Source: an uncultured Chitinophagales bacterium (GTDB lineage Bacteria > Bacteroidota > Bacteroidia > Chitinophagales > JADIYW01). From it: a stretch of DNA of 64,000 bases. The stretch lies in assembly GCA_964472755.1 (NCBI GenBank), contig CAYYMF010000001.1, positions 2,381 to 66,380 on the forward strand, given 5' to 3'. The position numbers and the translations under genes are program-made. Shown here piece after piece: positions 18,857-28,581 of the stretch (position 1 is the first letter of the stretch; each line of letters starts with the position of its first letter). The notes below the pieces were generated by a model. The model ran no database searches, was not told where the DNA came from, and worked only from the letters and a program-made list of their open reading frames with translations.

Positions 18857-19035
18857 TGCCTCGGTTCGTGTAGTCACGAACCTCTGCAAAATTTTCATTT
18901 CCAACTGGCTTTTTACTTTTTTGCATCGCCCAAAAAAACAACCAATGGGCTTTGCTTAAATACTTATTTTGTTTTCCATTTATTTCTTTGGATAATGGAG
19001 TAATTTAATAATTTCTCACTAACTCCTTTTTGAGT

Positions 19036-19120
19036 GCTGTCATCTCGACCAGAGGGAGAGATCTCTTTTAGGATTGCTGTAGATATTAAAGAGATGTCTC
19101 ACTGCGTTCAATATGACGCT
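19036..19120. repeat. Palindromic intergenic repeat (module W)
   Basis: gtcatctcgacc...gagagatctctttt / aaagagatgtctc...gttcaatatgacg forms nested imperfect inverted repeats. A related half copy lies at 595-632. Confidence 0.6.
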
Positions 19121-19157
19121 TTCAATTGGGTATTCGTGAATTGTTAGTTTTTAGTAA

Positions 19158-19248
19158 CTACTTAATTTCTCAATACTTTCTACTTAATACTATATTTTAA
19201 CCACAAAGGACACGGAGTTTTTTTACACAGAGTTGCACGGTTTTTTTT
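19158..19248. repeat. Intergenic repeat, modules X+Y, copy 2
   Basis: ctacttaatttctcaatactttctacttaatactatattttaaccacaaaggacacggagtttttttacacagagttgcacgg. Confidence 0.7.
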
Positions 19249-19283
19249 AGTGAACGGTAAATTGTGAATGGTAAATAGTAATT

Positions 19284-19412
19284 TTCACTTCTCATTTCTT
19301 ACTTCTCACTACTTAATACTATTTTTGTAAATGAGCAAAAGTTAGCGTAGCATTCTATTTTGCAGGCGTTTTCGATAGTAATAGAATATCTATTACAGAA
19401 TTCGGGTTTAAT
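19284..19412. repeat. Intergenic repeat, module X fused to module Z (right half of the MITE-like element at 44001-44172)
   Basis: Bases 19330-19412 align without gaps to 44093-44175 with 76 of 83 identical positions (counted by hand). Confidence 0.8.
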
Positions 19413-19496
19413 TAAATCGCAACATTTTCATATTTTCTACAATCGCTTAACAAACATTTAATTCTAAATTTTTTATTAAAAATAACTTCAATTTAC

Positions 19497-19504
19497 TATC
19501 TTTG
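19497..19504 (+). promoter_or_regulatory. -7 box TATCTTTG upstream of atpB
   Basis: Exact TAnnTTTG, 11 nt before the TTG start at 19516. Confidence 0.45.
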
Positions 19505-19515
19505 CCGAATAATTT

Positions 19516-20646
19516 TTGGAAACCGTGTTCAGAACTCAATTGAAATATATATTTTTAGCCTTATTTTCTTTAGTTTTTGCTATAAATCCAGCATTAGCTA
19601 ATACAGATACTGTTGCGAATGAAGGCATCATGCTAATCAATGAAAAAAACATTGCTCACGAAGAAGTAGAAAAAGAAGAGACAGACATTGTAGAGACAAT
19701 TTTACACCACGTTTCTGATGCTAATGAAAACCATTTGGGAACGATGGGTCATACGCACCTTACAATTCCGTTGCCATGTATTTTAATTAATAAAGCAACT
19801 AAAAAAGTATCTTTCTTTATGTCTTCAGCCTTTCATCATGCACCAGAAGGTATTATTGATGGCTATAAAATGGAGCATTCTAGAGTAGTAGATGCTCAAA
19901 CAGGAAAAAGAGATACATTCTACGATTTATCAATTACTAAGAATGTTTTTAATATGTTGATTGGATTTGTGCTATTGACCATATTGTTCTTTGTTATCAA
20001 ATCTTCTTACGAAAAAAGAAAAGGTCAAGCACCCAAAGGTGCACAATCTTTTATGGAACCTATCATTGATTTCTTAATTGACGATATTGTTGTAAAAAAT
20101 ATAGGATCAAACTATAAAAAGTATTTACCATTCTTATTGTCAGTATTCTTTTTTATATTAATTAATAACCTTTTAGGATTAGTACCATTTTTAGGAAGTA
20201 TCAACTCTTCAGGAAATATTTCTTTCACAATGGCTTTGGCTTTGTGTTCATTATTGGTTATTAACTTAAATGGTACAAAAGATTATTGGGGACATATTTT
20301 TGCAATGCCAGGCGTTCCGAAATGGGTATTGGTTATTTTGACACCAATTGAATTGTTAGGCGTAATATTAAAACCAGCCGTTTTAATGTTGCGTTTATTT
20401 GGAAATATTATTGGAGGACATATTACTGTATTGAGTATTGTTTCTCTGATTTTTATAATGGGAAAAATGGGACAAAGTATGGGTGGAGCAGCCGCTGGAG
20501 GAGCAGTAGCATTCCCAATATTATTATTTGTAAATGCATTAGAATTATTCGTAGCATTTTTACAAGCTTACGTATTTACCTTATTGACTGCAGTATTTAT
20601 TGGTGCAGCCATAGAAGAACATCATCACGCAGAAGAACATCATTAA
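19516..20646 (+). CDS. atpB: F0F1 ATP synthase subunit a
   Basis: Conserved ...LMLRLFGNIIGGH... (essential Arg). Long N-terminal extension with a signal-like segment. The start codon is uncertain (TTG 19516 or GTG 19525). Confidence 0.92.
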   Translation: METVFRTQLKYIFLALFSLVFAINPALANTDTVANEGIMLINEKNIAHEEVEKEETDIVETILHHVSDANENHLGTMGHTHLTIPLPCILINKATKKVSFFMSSAFHHAPEGIIDGYKMEHSRVVDAQTGKRDTFYDLSITKNVFNMLIGFVLLTILFFVIKSSYEKRKGQAPKGAQSFMEPIIDFLIDDIVVKNIGSNYKKYLPFLLSVFFFILINNLLGLVPFLGSINSSGNISFTMALALCSLLVINLNGTKDYWGHIFAMPGVPKWVLVILTPIELLGVILKPAVLMLRLFGNIIGGHITVLSIVSLIFIMGKMGQSMGGAAAGGAVAFPILLFVNALELFVAFLQAYVFTLLTAVFIGAAIEEHHHAEEHH

Positions 20647-20687
20647 TTATTAAGAATAAAATTATTAACAAAACAATTAAATTTTAA

Positions 20688-20894
<207 letters not shown>

Positions 20895-20960
20895 TACAAG
20901 AGTTAGAATAATTATTAAATCTAATTACAATATTATTATTGTAATTCAATTTTATGCTTT

Positions 20961-21476
20961 ATGCTTTTAAAATTTGATACATTATCTTTATTGACACCTG
21001 ATTTAGGCTTGGTGTTTTGGACAACTATTATTTTCCTAGTATTTTGGTTTATAGTTGGTAAGAAGGCTTTAGGTCCGATAGCCAATGCTATTAAGGATAG
21101 AGAAGCATCTATTAACGATGCATTAAACGCTGCTGAAAAAGCTAAGGCAGAAATGTCACAGTTACAAGCAGACAATGCAAATTTATTAAAAGAAGCTAGA
21201 GAAGAAAGTGCTAAAATTCTAAAAGAAGCTAAGGACATTAAAGAATCTGTTATCGCTGATGCACATAATCGTGCTAAAGATGAAGCGGCTAAAATCATTG
21301 CCGATGCAAAAGCTGAAATTGATACGCAAAAGAAGAAAGCTTTGGACGAAGTGAAAAATGAATTAAGCAAATTTTCAGTAGAAATTGCAGAGAAAATTTT
21401 GAATAGAGAACTAAGCACTTCTAAAGATCATCAGCAATATATTAATTCTTTAGTAGAAAATATAAATAACAACTAA
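20961..21476 (+). CDS. atpF: F0F1 ATP synthase subunit b
   Basis: N-terminal TM (GLVFWTTIIFLVFWFIV) followed by a K/E/A-rich coiled coil. Confidence 0.9.
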   Translation: MLLKFDTLSLLTPDLGLVFWTTIIFLVFWFIVGKKALGPIANAIKDREASINDALNAAEKAKAEMSQLQADNANLLKEAREESAKILKEAKDIKESVIADAHNRAKDEAAKIIADAKAEIDTQKKKALDEVKNELSKFSVEIAEKILNRELSTSKDHQQYINSLVENINNN

Positions 21477-22015
21477 TGTCAGCAGAAAAATTAGCCAATA
21501 GATACGCAGATGCTTTATTTTCGGAATCTACTTCTACAAATAAGTTAGAGCAATCTTATGCTGACTTACAAGTAGTGGCTGATGCAATTGCTGAAAGTAG
21601 GGAATTTAGTAACTATCTAAAAAGCCCTATTATAGATTCTTCTAAAAAATTGCAAGCATTTAAAGAGATTTTTGGATCAAAAGTACAGGCAACAACCATG
21701 CAGTTCTTAGATATTATAATTAATAATAAAAGAGAGTCGTATTTGCCTTTAATTCTATCTAAATTTTTCAGCAAATACAACCAAACAAAAGGTATTGCAG
21801 AAGTAAATGTAACGGTAGCGACAGAATTAGACGCTGATACACAGAAAAAAATTGAGGATTATATTAAAAAAGAGTCTGGGAAAGCCAATGTAAAAATTAA
21901 TCAAAAAATAGATACTTCTATTTTAGGTGGTTTTATTGTTGATTTTGGAGATAAAATTTTAGATAATTCTGTAAAGCAAAAACTTAAAAAAGTAAAGCAA
22001 CAAATATTGAATTAA
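21476..22015 (+). CDS. atpH: F0F1 ATP synthase subunit delta
   Basis: OSCP-like. C-terminal ...ILGGFIVDFGDKILDNSVKQKL. TAATG overlap with atpF. Confidence 0.9.
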   Translation: MSAEKLANRYADALFSESTSTNKLEQSYADLQVVADAIAESREFSNYLKSPIIDSSKKLQAFKEIFGSKVQATTMQFLDIIINNKRESYLPLILSKFFSKYNQTKGIAEVNVTVATELDADTQKKIEDYIKKESGKANVKINQKIDTSILGGFIVDFGDKILDNSVKQKLKKVKQQILN

Positions 22016-22063
22016 TATAGTGCTTATCAAACTTATTAAATTTAAAAATTAAAATATAATAAA

Positions 22064-23641
22064 ATGGTAGAAGTAAGACCAGACGAAATCTCAGCCATAT
22101 TACGCAAACAATTAGGTAATGTAACTACAGAAGCTGAATTAGAAGAAGTTGGTACAGTATTACAAGTTGGAGATGGTATTGCACGTATTTATGGATTAAC
22201 TGAAGTTCAAGCCGGAGAATTGGTTGAATTTGAGAGTGGTATCAAAGCTATTGCATTAAACTTAGAAGAGGATAATGTGGGCGTGGTATTAATGGGTCCA
22301 TCAGATGCAATCAAAGAAGGCGATAAAGTAAAACGTACAAAACAAATCGCATCTATCAATGTAGGTGAAGGTATGTTGGGTAGAGTTATCAATACTTTAG
22401 GAGAACCAATTGATGGTAAAGGTCCGATTAGCGGTCAAACTTATAGAATGCCAATTGAAAGAAAAGCTCCAGGTGTTATTTTCCGTCAGCCAGTAACAGA
22501 GCCATTACAAACAGGAATTAAAGCGATTGATGCAATGATTCCAGTAGGTAGAGGACAACGTGAGTTAATTATTGGGGATAGACAAACGGGTAAAACGGCT
22601 ATTGCAATTGACACTATCATTAATCAAAAAGAATTTTACGAAAGAGGGGAACCTGTTTTTTGTATATATGTAGCTTGTGGTCAAAAAGCATCAACGGTTG
22701 CTAATATTGCAAATACATTAGAAGCGAATGGAGCAATGCCTTATACTGTGATTGTTGCGGCAAATGCATCTGACCCAGCACCACTTCAATTTTATGCACC
22801 ATTTGCTGGTGCTGCAATTGGAGAATTTTTTAGAGATTCAGGTCGTCCGGCGTTAATTGTTTATGATGATTTATCTAAACAAGCGGTGGCTTATCGTGAA
22901 GTTTCATTATTATTAAAAAGACCTCCTGGACGTGAGGCTTATCCTGGAGACGTATTCTACTTACACTCTCGTTTATTAGAAAGAGCTGCAAAAATCATTG
23001 CTAAAGATGAAATTGCTGCAAGAATGAACGATTTACCAGAATCATTAAAAGATATTGTAAAAGGTGGAGGTTCTTTAACGGCATTGCCAATTATTGAAAC
23101 ACAAGCTGGTGACGTTTCTGCATATATTCCAACCAACGTAATTTCTATTACTGATGGACAGATATTCTTAGAGTCTAACTTATTTAATGCGGGTGTTCGT
23201 CCTGCAATTAACGTGGGTATCTCAGTATCTCGTGTGGGTGGTAATGCTCAGATTAAATCTATGAAAAAAGTTGCTGGTACTTTAAAATTAGACCAAGCAC
23301 AATATAGAGAATTAGAAGCATTTGCTAAGTTCGGTTCTGACTTAGATGCTGCAACCAAATCAGTATTGGAAAAAGGTAAGCGTAACGTGGAAATCTTAAA
23401 ACAACCACAATATTCTCCATTAACTGTAGAAAAACAAGTTGCGATTATCTATCTTGGCTCTAAAGGTTTATTGAGAAATGTAGCTGTGAATAAAGTAAGA
23501 GAATTTGAAGAGACATTCTTATCTACTATTGAACAAAAGCATCCTGATGTTTTAGCAAACTTGAAAAAAGGAAAATTAGATGATGCAGATTTAGCTAAAT
23601 TAGAAGCTGTAGCTAAAGATTTAGAAGGAAGTTTTGCATAA
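22064..23641 (+). CDS. atpA: F0F1 ATP synthase subunit alpha
   Basis: Walker A GDRQTGKT; ...[21 protein letters not shown].... Confidence 0.97.
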   Translation: MVEVRPDEISAILRKQLGNVTTEAELEEVGTVLQVGDGIARIYGLTEVQAGELVEFESGIKAIALNLEEDNVGVVLMGPSDAIKEGDKVKRTKQIASINVGEGMLGRVINTLGEPIDGKGPISGQTYRMPIERKAPGVIFRQPVTEPLQTGIKAIDAMIPVGRGQRELIIGDRQTGKTAIAIDTIINQKEFYERGEPVFCIYVACGQKASTVANIANTLEANGAMPYTVIVAANASDPAPLQFYAPFAGAAIGEFFRDSGRPALIVYDDLSKQAVAYREVSLLLKRPPGREAYPGDVFYLHSRLLERAAKIIAKDEIAARMNDLPESLKDIVKGGGSLTALPIIETQAGDVSAYIPTNVISITDGQIFLESNLFNAGVRPAINVGISVSRVGGNAQIKSMKKVAGTLKLDQAQYRELEAFAKFGSDLDAATKSVLEKGKRNVEILKQPQYSPLTVEKQVAIIYLGSKGLLRNVAVNKVREFEETFLSTIEQKHPDVLANLKKGKLDDADLAKLEAVAKDLEGSFA

Positions 23642-23654
23642 TTAAAAGATAGCT

Positions 23655-23678
23655 GGAGGATATAGCGATATATCCTCC
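23655..23678 (+). other. Intercistronic hairpin between atpA and atpG
   Basis: Perfect 9-bp stem ggaggatat / atatcctcc with loop agcgat. No T-run follows it. Confidence 0.5.
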
Positions 23679-23705
23679 AACAAAATAGAAAAGTAATTAT
23701 TAATA

Positions 23706-24593
23706 ATGGGAGCAAATTTAAAAGAAGTAAGAGGAAGAATAGCATCTGTAAAATCAACTATACAGATTACAAAAGCTATGAAAATGGTTTCTGCTGCTAA
23801 ATTGAAAAGAGCAACAGATAGAATTGTCCAAATACGTCCTTATGCTGACCAACTTAGTAATGTATTACAAAATTTAGTAGGTAATTTACAAGGCGAAGTA
23901 TCTATTTCTTACGGCAAACAAAGAGAAGGCAACAAAGTTTTAATTGTTGTGATTACTTCAGATAAAGGTTTGTGTGGTGGATTTAATGCCAATTCAATTA
24001 AAGCTGCTAAAAATTTATTAGCAGATAAATATGCTTCATTAAACGAAGCCAAAAAAGTAGATGTTTTAACGATAGGAAAAAGAGCTTATGAAGCATTCAA
24101 AGACGGTAAGAATTATGTAAACCGTGATTTTGTTGAGCTTTTTCATAATTTGAATTTTGAAGATACCTCTAAAGCAGCGGAATATATTATGTATGCTTTT
24201 GATCAAGGTGTTTATGATAAAGTTGAAGTTGTGTATGGTAAATTTAAAAATGCTGGTACACAACTTACAACAGTGGAGCAATTTTTACCAATTAGTACTT
24301 CAACGGAAAACACTAATGCAAAAATTAATGCAGATTATATTTTTGAACCTTCACAGGTTGAAATTTTAGAAGGTTTAGTTCCTAAAATTTTAAAAACACA
24401 ATTCTTTAGATATTTGTTGGATTCTAACGCTTCTGAACATGGAGCTAGAATGACAGCGATGGATAAAGCCACTGAAAATGCAAATGAATTGCTTAAAACA
24501 TTGAATATTATGTACAATAGAGCAAGACAAGCCGCAATTACTACAGAACTTTCTGAAATCGTTTCTGGTGCAGCGGCACTAAGCAACGAATAA
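23706..24593 (+). CDS. atpG: F0F1 ATP synthase subunit gamma
   Basis: N-terminal ...IKSTIQITKAMKMVSAAKLKRA and C-terminal ...YNRARQAAITTELSEIVSGAAAL. Confidence 0.95.
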   Translation: MGANLKEVRGRIASVKSTIQITKAMKMVSAAKLKRATDRIVQIRPYADQLSNVLQNLVGNLQGEVSISYGKQREGNKVLIVVITSDKGLCGGFNANSIKAAKNLLADKYASLNEAKKVDVLTIGKRAYEAFKDGKNYVNRDFVELFHNLNFEDTSKAAEYIMYAFDQGVYDKVEVVYGKFKNAGTQLTTVEQFLPISTSTENTNAKINADYIFEPSQVEILEGLVPKILKTQFFRYLLDSNASEHGARMTAMDKATENANELLKTLNIMYNRARQAAITTELSEIVSGAAALSNE

Positions 24594-24667
24594 TTTTTAA
24601 ATCCCATTTCGTATTTATAGAATCCTAATACTTTATTCTTTTTGTGGTAATGGCAAAATGATATATA

Positions 24668-25849
24668 TCATTGCATTTTCATGCCACCTTTGATGAAATC
24701 TGCAACAATAGTACCTTGTAGCCAATAGCCTTTGCTGTTTAAGTGAAAATCTGTAAGATGATAAATTTTATCTGGCGACATTTTATGATTGTTTAGGTAG
24801 TTTGTGAATCCGATTTGTGTATTGATAAATCGAATTCCAGTATGTTTGTTTAACTCTATAAAACTATCTTGAAAATTAAAACTTTCTAAATTTATTAATT
24901 CATTCAAATTTGGTGTAATGATACATAAAAAAGGAACTCCTTTTGAATTGCAATACTGTTCAAATGCTATCATTTTTTTCATAATTACATCAACACTATA
25001 CGTTAAATCTTCAAACTGTATTTGAAATGGACGATATTCAAACACATCTAACATTATTTTTCTAAATAGGAATGAAATTCCGTAAAAATATTCCCACCAA
25101 AATTGTTTTCTAAATCCTTGAGTAAAACGTTCATCACCACCACGATTCATAATATCTGGAATGTCAGAATAAGAAATATTACAAATAACCATTTTGGGAT
25201 TGGTTAATTGAAATAAAGTATCTAATAGTTGATATTCATACACAGGATCGCTGCCTCTCACACCGGCATTAATACATTGTATATTTTGTCCTAAATGGAA
25301 TGCCAATGATTTACTCAAAGTCGAATCTTCAGGTGCACCAGCTCCTTCAGTAAAGGAATCTCCTAAAAGTAAAATATTTTTTGTGTTTTTAAAAATTGAT
25401 AATGCTTGCTCTCTCAAACCCAATTCATTATACCTATGCTTATATGAAAAATCTATTGAACTATAATCCGAAGTGCTATTTGGCTGGTTCACTCTATATC
25501 CTAAAAAGTATTTTCTATTTTCTCCAAATATTTGAGAATTGTAATTGGCAAAAATGGAATTTGAGTTAGCCTCTGTATAATTAAGATTACCTTTCCTAGA
25601 TACTCGAAGATAGGTTTCTGCTATAAATAAAATAATTAGAATGGCAATAATATTAAAAGCTATTTTTTTATTTTTTATAAATTGAAACGCTAGTAAAATC
25701 ATTAATAAATAAAATGCAATGGTGCAGAAGATATTTGTACCACCATACGAATAAAACATTATCATTAAATATAAATTAATGATGAAAACCATTAATATCA
25801 ATATTAATCGTTTATTGACGATTATGTTTTTAAAAAATTTATTTTTCAT
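24668..25849 (-). CDS. Membrane-anchored SGNH/GDSL hydrolase family protein
   Basis: Three N-terminal TM segments, block I LLLGDSFTEGAG, and a C-terminal DxxH-like TDFHLN. It overlaps the upstream CoA-ligase gene by 11 nt. Confidence 0.6.
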   Translation of the reverse strand: MKNKFFKNIIVNKRLILILMVFIINLYLMIMFYSYGGTNIFCTIAFYLLMILLAFQFIKNKKIAFNIIAILIILFIAETYLRVSRKGNLNYTEANSNSIFANYNSQIFGENRKYFLGYRVNQPNSTSDYSSIDFSYKHRYNELGLREQALSIFKNTKNILLLGDSFTEGAGAPEDSTLSKSLAFHLGQNIQCINAGVRGSDPVYEYQLLDTLFQLTNPKMVICNISYSDIPDIMNRGGDERFTQGFRKQFWWEYFYGISFLFRKIMLDVFEYRPFQIQFEDLTYSVDVIMKKMIAFEQYCNSKGVPFLCIITPNLNELINLESFNFQDSFIELNKHTGIRFINTQIGFTNYLNNHKMSPDKIYHLTDFHLNSKGYWLQGTIVADFIKGGMKMQ

Positions 25850-27782
25850 TAATTTTATTTTTTAATACTAAATATTCATCAATACTTTCTGGGTTTTTCA
25901 TCGCATCTAAGGAAATGCTTTTTTCTAAAGGCATACCCATAAATATTTTTTTGACGGGCATTTCCATTTTTTTGCCACTTATCGTATAAGGAATTGCATT
26001 AACTTCAATTATTTCATCAGGTACATGTCGTGGAGAATATTGTTTTCGTAAACTATTTTTAATTTTTGTTTTTAAGGTATCGTTTAAAACAATTTCATTT
26101 TGCAAAACAACAAAAAGCGGCATATAAAAACTGCCATTTTCACGTTCTATACAAATTACTAAGCTATCTTTTACTTCTTCTAATATCTCAACGGCATTAT
26201 AAACTTCAGCTGTGCCAATTCGTACGCCATCACGATTTAGTGTGGCATCACTTCTGCCATATATTATAATACCTTGGTGTTCTGTGATTTTTATCCAATC
26301 GCCATGTCGCCAAATATTATCGTTATCTTCAAAATAAGCACTTTTATATTTTTCATTATTGGTATCATTCCAAAAGAAAACAGGCATGCTCGGCATTGGC
26401 TTCGTGAGCATTAATTCGCCCAATTCTTGTTCAACAGCTTTGCCATTTTCATTCCAAGCTTCGACACTCGCACCTAACATTCTACATTGAATTTCGCCAG
26501 TATGTACGGATAAATATGGACTTCCACCAACAAAAGCACTACAAATATCTGTGCCACCACTTAGAGAAATTAACCAAACCTCTTTTTTGATGTGCTGGTA
26601 TATATATTCAAATCCATCGGCAGGTAACGGAGAGCCGGTAGAACCCAAAGAACGCAAATGTGTTAAATTATATTTTTTATTAACCTCCAAATGGTCTTTC
26701 TTACAAGATAGATAAAATGCAGCTCCAATTCCAAAATGGTTAATTTTTTCGGTTTCTATAAATTCCCAAATTGAATAGAAATCTGGGAAATTTGGAGCTC
26801 CATCAAAAATACATAAAGTGCAACCCACCAAAAGTGAAGAAAGTGCATAATTCCACATCATCCAACCAGTTGTAGAATACCACAAATACCTTTCTCCTTT
26901 TTTACAATCCTGATGTAATGCCAAAGCCTTGTAATGTTCTATTAAATTGCCACCAGTGCTGTGTACAATTCCCTTAGGTTTTCCAGTTGTTCCAGAAGAA
27001 TATAAAATCCAAATTGGATGTTGAAATTCAACAGGCGTAAATTCTAAATCCTTTGAATCTAGTTCTAAGATACTTGCCCAATTAATAAATTTATTGTGCT
27101 GCTCTCCAATTAAAATTACATTTTCTAAGGAAGGAATTTTAGAGGCAATTTCTTCAATGGTTGCTAATTTATTAAATGATTTTCCATTGTAATTATAAGT
27201 AGATGCCGCTATAAATAACTTAGGTTCTATTTGTTGGAATCTATCGACAATACTTTCTGTTCCAAAATCTGGAGAACAGCAAGACCAAATTGCACCCAAA
27301 CTATTGCAAGCTAAAAAGGCAATAATTGCTTCAACATTATTTGGTAAGTAAGCGACTATTCTATCGCCTTTTTGTATATTTTTTGACTTTAAAAATTGTT
27401 GCACAGCACTTACTTTTTGCTCTAATTCTTGCCATGAAATAGAAATGCTTGGTTGATTTTCTTGTTTGTAAATGATAGCAGGATTTTCATTGTTTTTATT
27501 TCTAAAAACATGCTCTGCATAGCTGATAGTTGCACCATCAAACCATTTTGTTTCATACATTTTAGCTGTATTTTTTAATACTGATGAATAAGGTTGATGA
27601 AACTTTAAATCAAAAAAAAGAGCAACAGTATCCCAAAAAGCGTCTAAGTTTTGCACACTCCATTCCCAAAATTCTTGGTAGTTATGAAATGACAATTGGT
27701 ATTTGTTTTCAATATATTTTTGAAACTTATAAAGGTTGGAATTATTAATAAACTGCTCAGAAGGCGACCAAAGTACAGACAT
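25839..27782 (-). CDS. Acetoacetate-CoA ligase (acetoacetyl-CoA synthetase)
   Basis: N-terminus ...LWSPSEQFINNSNLYKF...FWEWSV..LDAFWD and AMP-binding motif YSSGTTGKPKGI. 647 aa. Confidence 0.88.
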   Translation of the reverse strand: MSVLWSPSEQFINNSNLYKFQKYIENKYQLSFHNYQEFWEWSVQNLDAFWDTVALFFDLKFHQPYSSVLKNTAKMYETKWFDGATISYAEHVFRNKNNENPAIIYKQENQPSISISWQELEQKVSAVQQFLKSKNIQKGDRIVAYLPNNVEAIIAFLACNSLGAIWSCCSPDFGTESIVDRFQQIEPKLFIAASTYNYNGKSFNKLATIEEIASKIPSLENVILIGEQHNKFINWASILELDSKDLEFTPVEFQHPIWILYSSGTTGKPKGIVHSTGGNLIEHYKALALHQDCKKGERYLWYSTTGWMMWNYALSSLLVGCTLCIFDGAPNFPDFYSIWEFIETEKINHFGIGAAFYLSCKKDHLEVNKKYNLTHLRSLGSTGSPLPADGFEYIYQHIKKEVWLISLSGGTDICSAFVGGSPYLSVHTGEIQCRMLGASVEAWNENGKAVEQELGELMLTKPMPSMPVFFWNDTNNEKYKSAYFEDNDNIWRHGDWIKITEHQGIIIYGRSDATLNRDGVRIGTAEVYNAVEILEEVKDSLVICIERENGSFYMPLFVVLQNEIVLNDTLKTKIKNSLRKQYSPRHVPDEIIEVNAIPYTISGKKMEMPVKKIFMGMPLEKSISLDAMKNPESIDEYLVLKNKINEK

Positions 27783-27855
27783 CTTTTTTTCTTTAAAAAT
27801 AACTATCTTTTTTAAATAAAGTGATATTTGCCAATGGAATTAAAGATGAATCACA

Positions 27856-28572
27856 TTATTTTAATTCTAATTTTTGATTTGTTGGCAGGTTAGTAGCTGA
27901 TGCAATATGTGTGTTATAGCCTTTTGCAATTAGGTATTGTGCTAAAATGTAGGTACTCATTATTAATACTCTACTTAAATAAAATGGAGCTTTAAAAACT
28001 GAAATGGCAATACACATATCAGAAAATATGAATAACAATGAGCCAATAAAGATTAGTTTGAATGAAGTCGCTGAAACTATACCTTTTCTGTTTAAAGCCA
28101 CAATGGACATCAATGTGATGATGATACAATATAAATAAACAGGCACTTTCATCGCTTGGATGCTATCTCCCAAAAAGTATAAAAGTCCGACAATAAAAGC
28201 AATAAAAGGCATAATTAATGAAGGTTTTGCCTCAATAAATCCAATTTTATTTTTGCCTTTTACATCTTTTAGAAAACAAATAATATAGTTTAGATGAGCA
28301 ATTAGGAAAGCGGCTAATCCAAAAATGAAAAACATTTTATCTTTTGGTGGTTCAAATTCATGCCTAATCATTAAAAAAAAATCGCCTAACCAAGAAAAAA
28401 ACAAGCCTAAAAGAAGAAAAACAACATCCTTTTTATTCTTTGTGGTCGTATAAACCCAAATCATCAAAATAGGCATTAATAAAGGTTTTGCAACATAAAT
28501 AATAGAGAAATTTTCTAAAAATTCTCCTGAAATTTCAATTAATGCAACAATTAAATAGATGATTGGTAACAT
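27856..28572 (-). CDS. YhhN family lysoplasmalogenase
   Basis: Eight hydrophobic segments. The LGLFFSWLGDFFLM motif is typical of YhhN/TMEM86. Confidence 0.75.
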   Translation of the reverse strand: MLPIIYLIVALIEISGEFLENFSIIYVAKPLLMPILMIWVYTTTKNKKDVVFLLLGLFFSWLGDFFLMIRHEFEPPKDKMFFIFGLAAFLIAHLNYIICFLKDVKGKNKIGFIEAKPSLIMPFIAFIVGLLYFLGDSIQAMKVPVYLYCIIITLMSIVALNRKGIVSATSFKLIFIGSLLFIFSDMCIAISVFKAPFYLSRVLIMSTYILAQYLIAKGYNTHIASATNLPTNQKLELK

Positions 28573-28581
28573 CGCTTATTA

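Noticed and set aside
20617-20646. His/Glu-rich C-terminal tail of AtpB (EEHHHAEEHH)
   Set aside because: It is only 10 residues. I cannot tell from this window whether it is typical of the lineage, and there is no supporting context for a metal-binding role.
20923-20946. 10-bp AT-only hairpin (aattacaata/tattgtaatt) between atpE and atpF as a regulatory element
   Set aside because: The stem is entirely A/T and has marginal stability. Palindromes of this kind are expected by chance in about 30% GC intergenic DNA.
20936-21418. 160-aa ORF antisense to atpF
   Set aside because: It is the A/S/L-rich mirror image of the K/E/A-rich coiled coil of subunit b. atpF has clear family features and operon context, and the antisense ORF has none.
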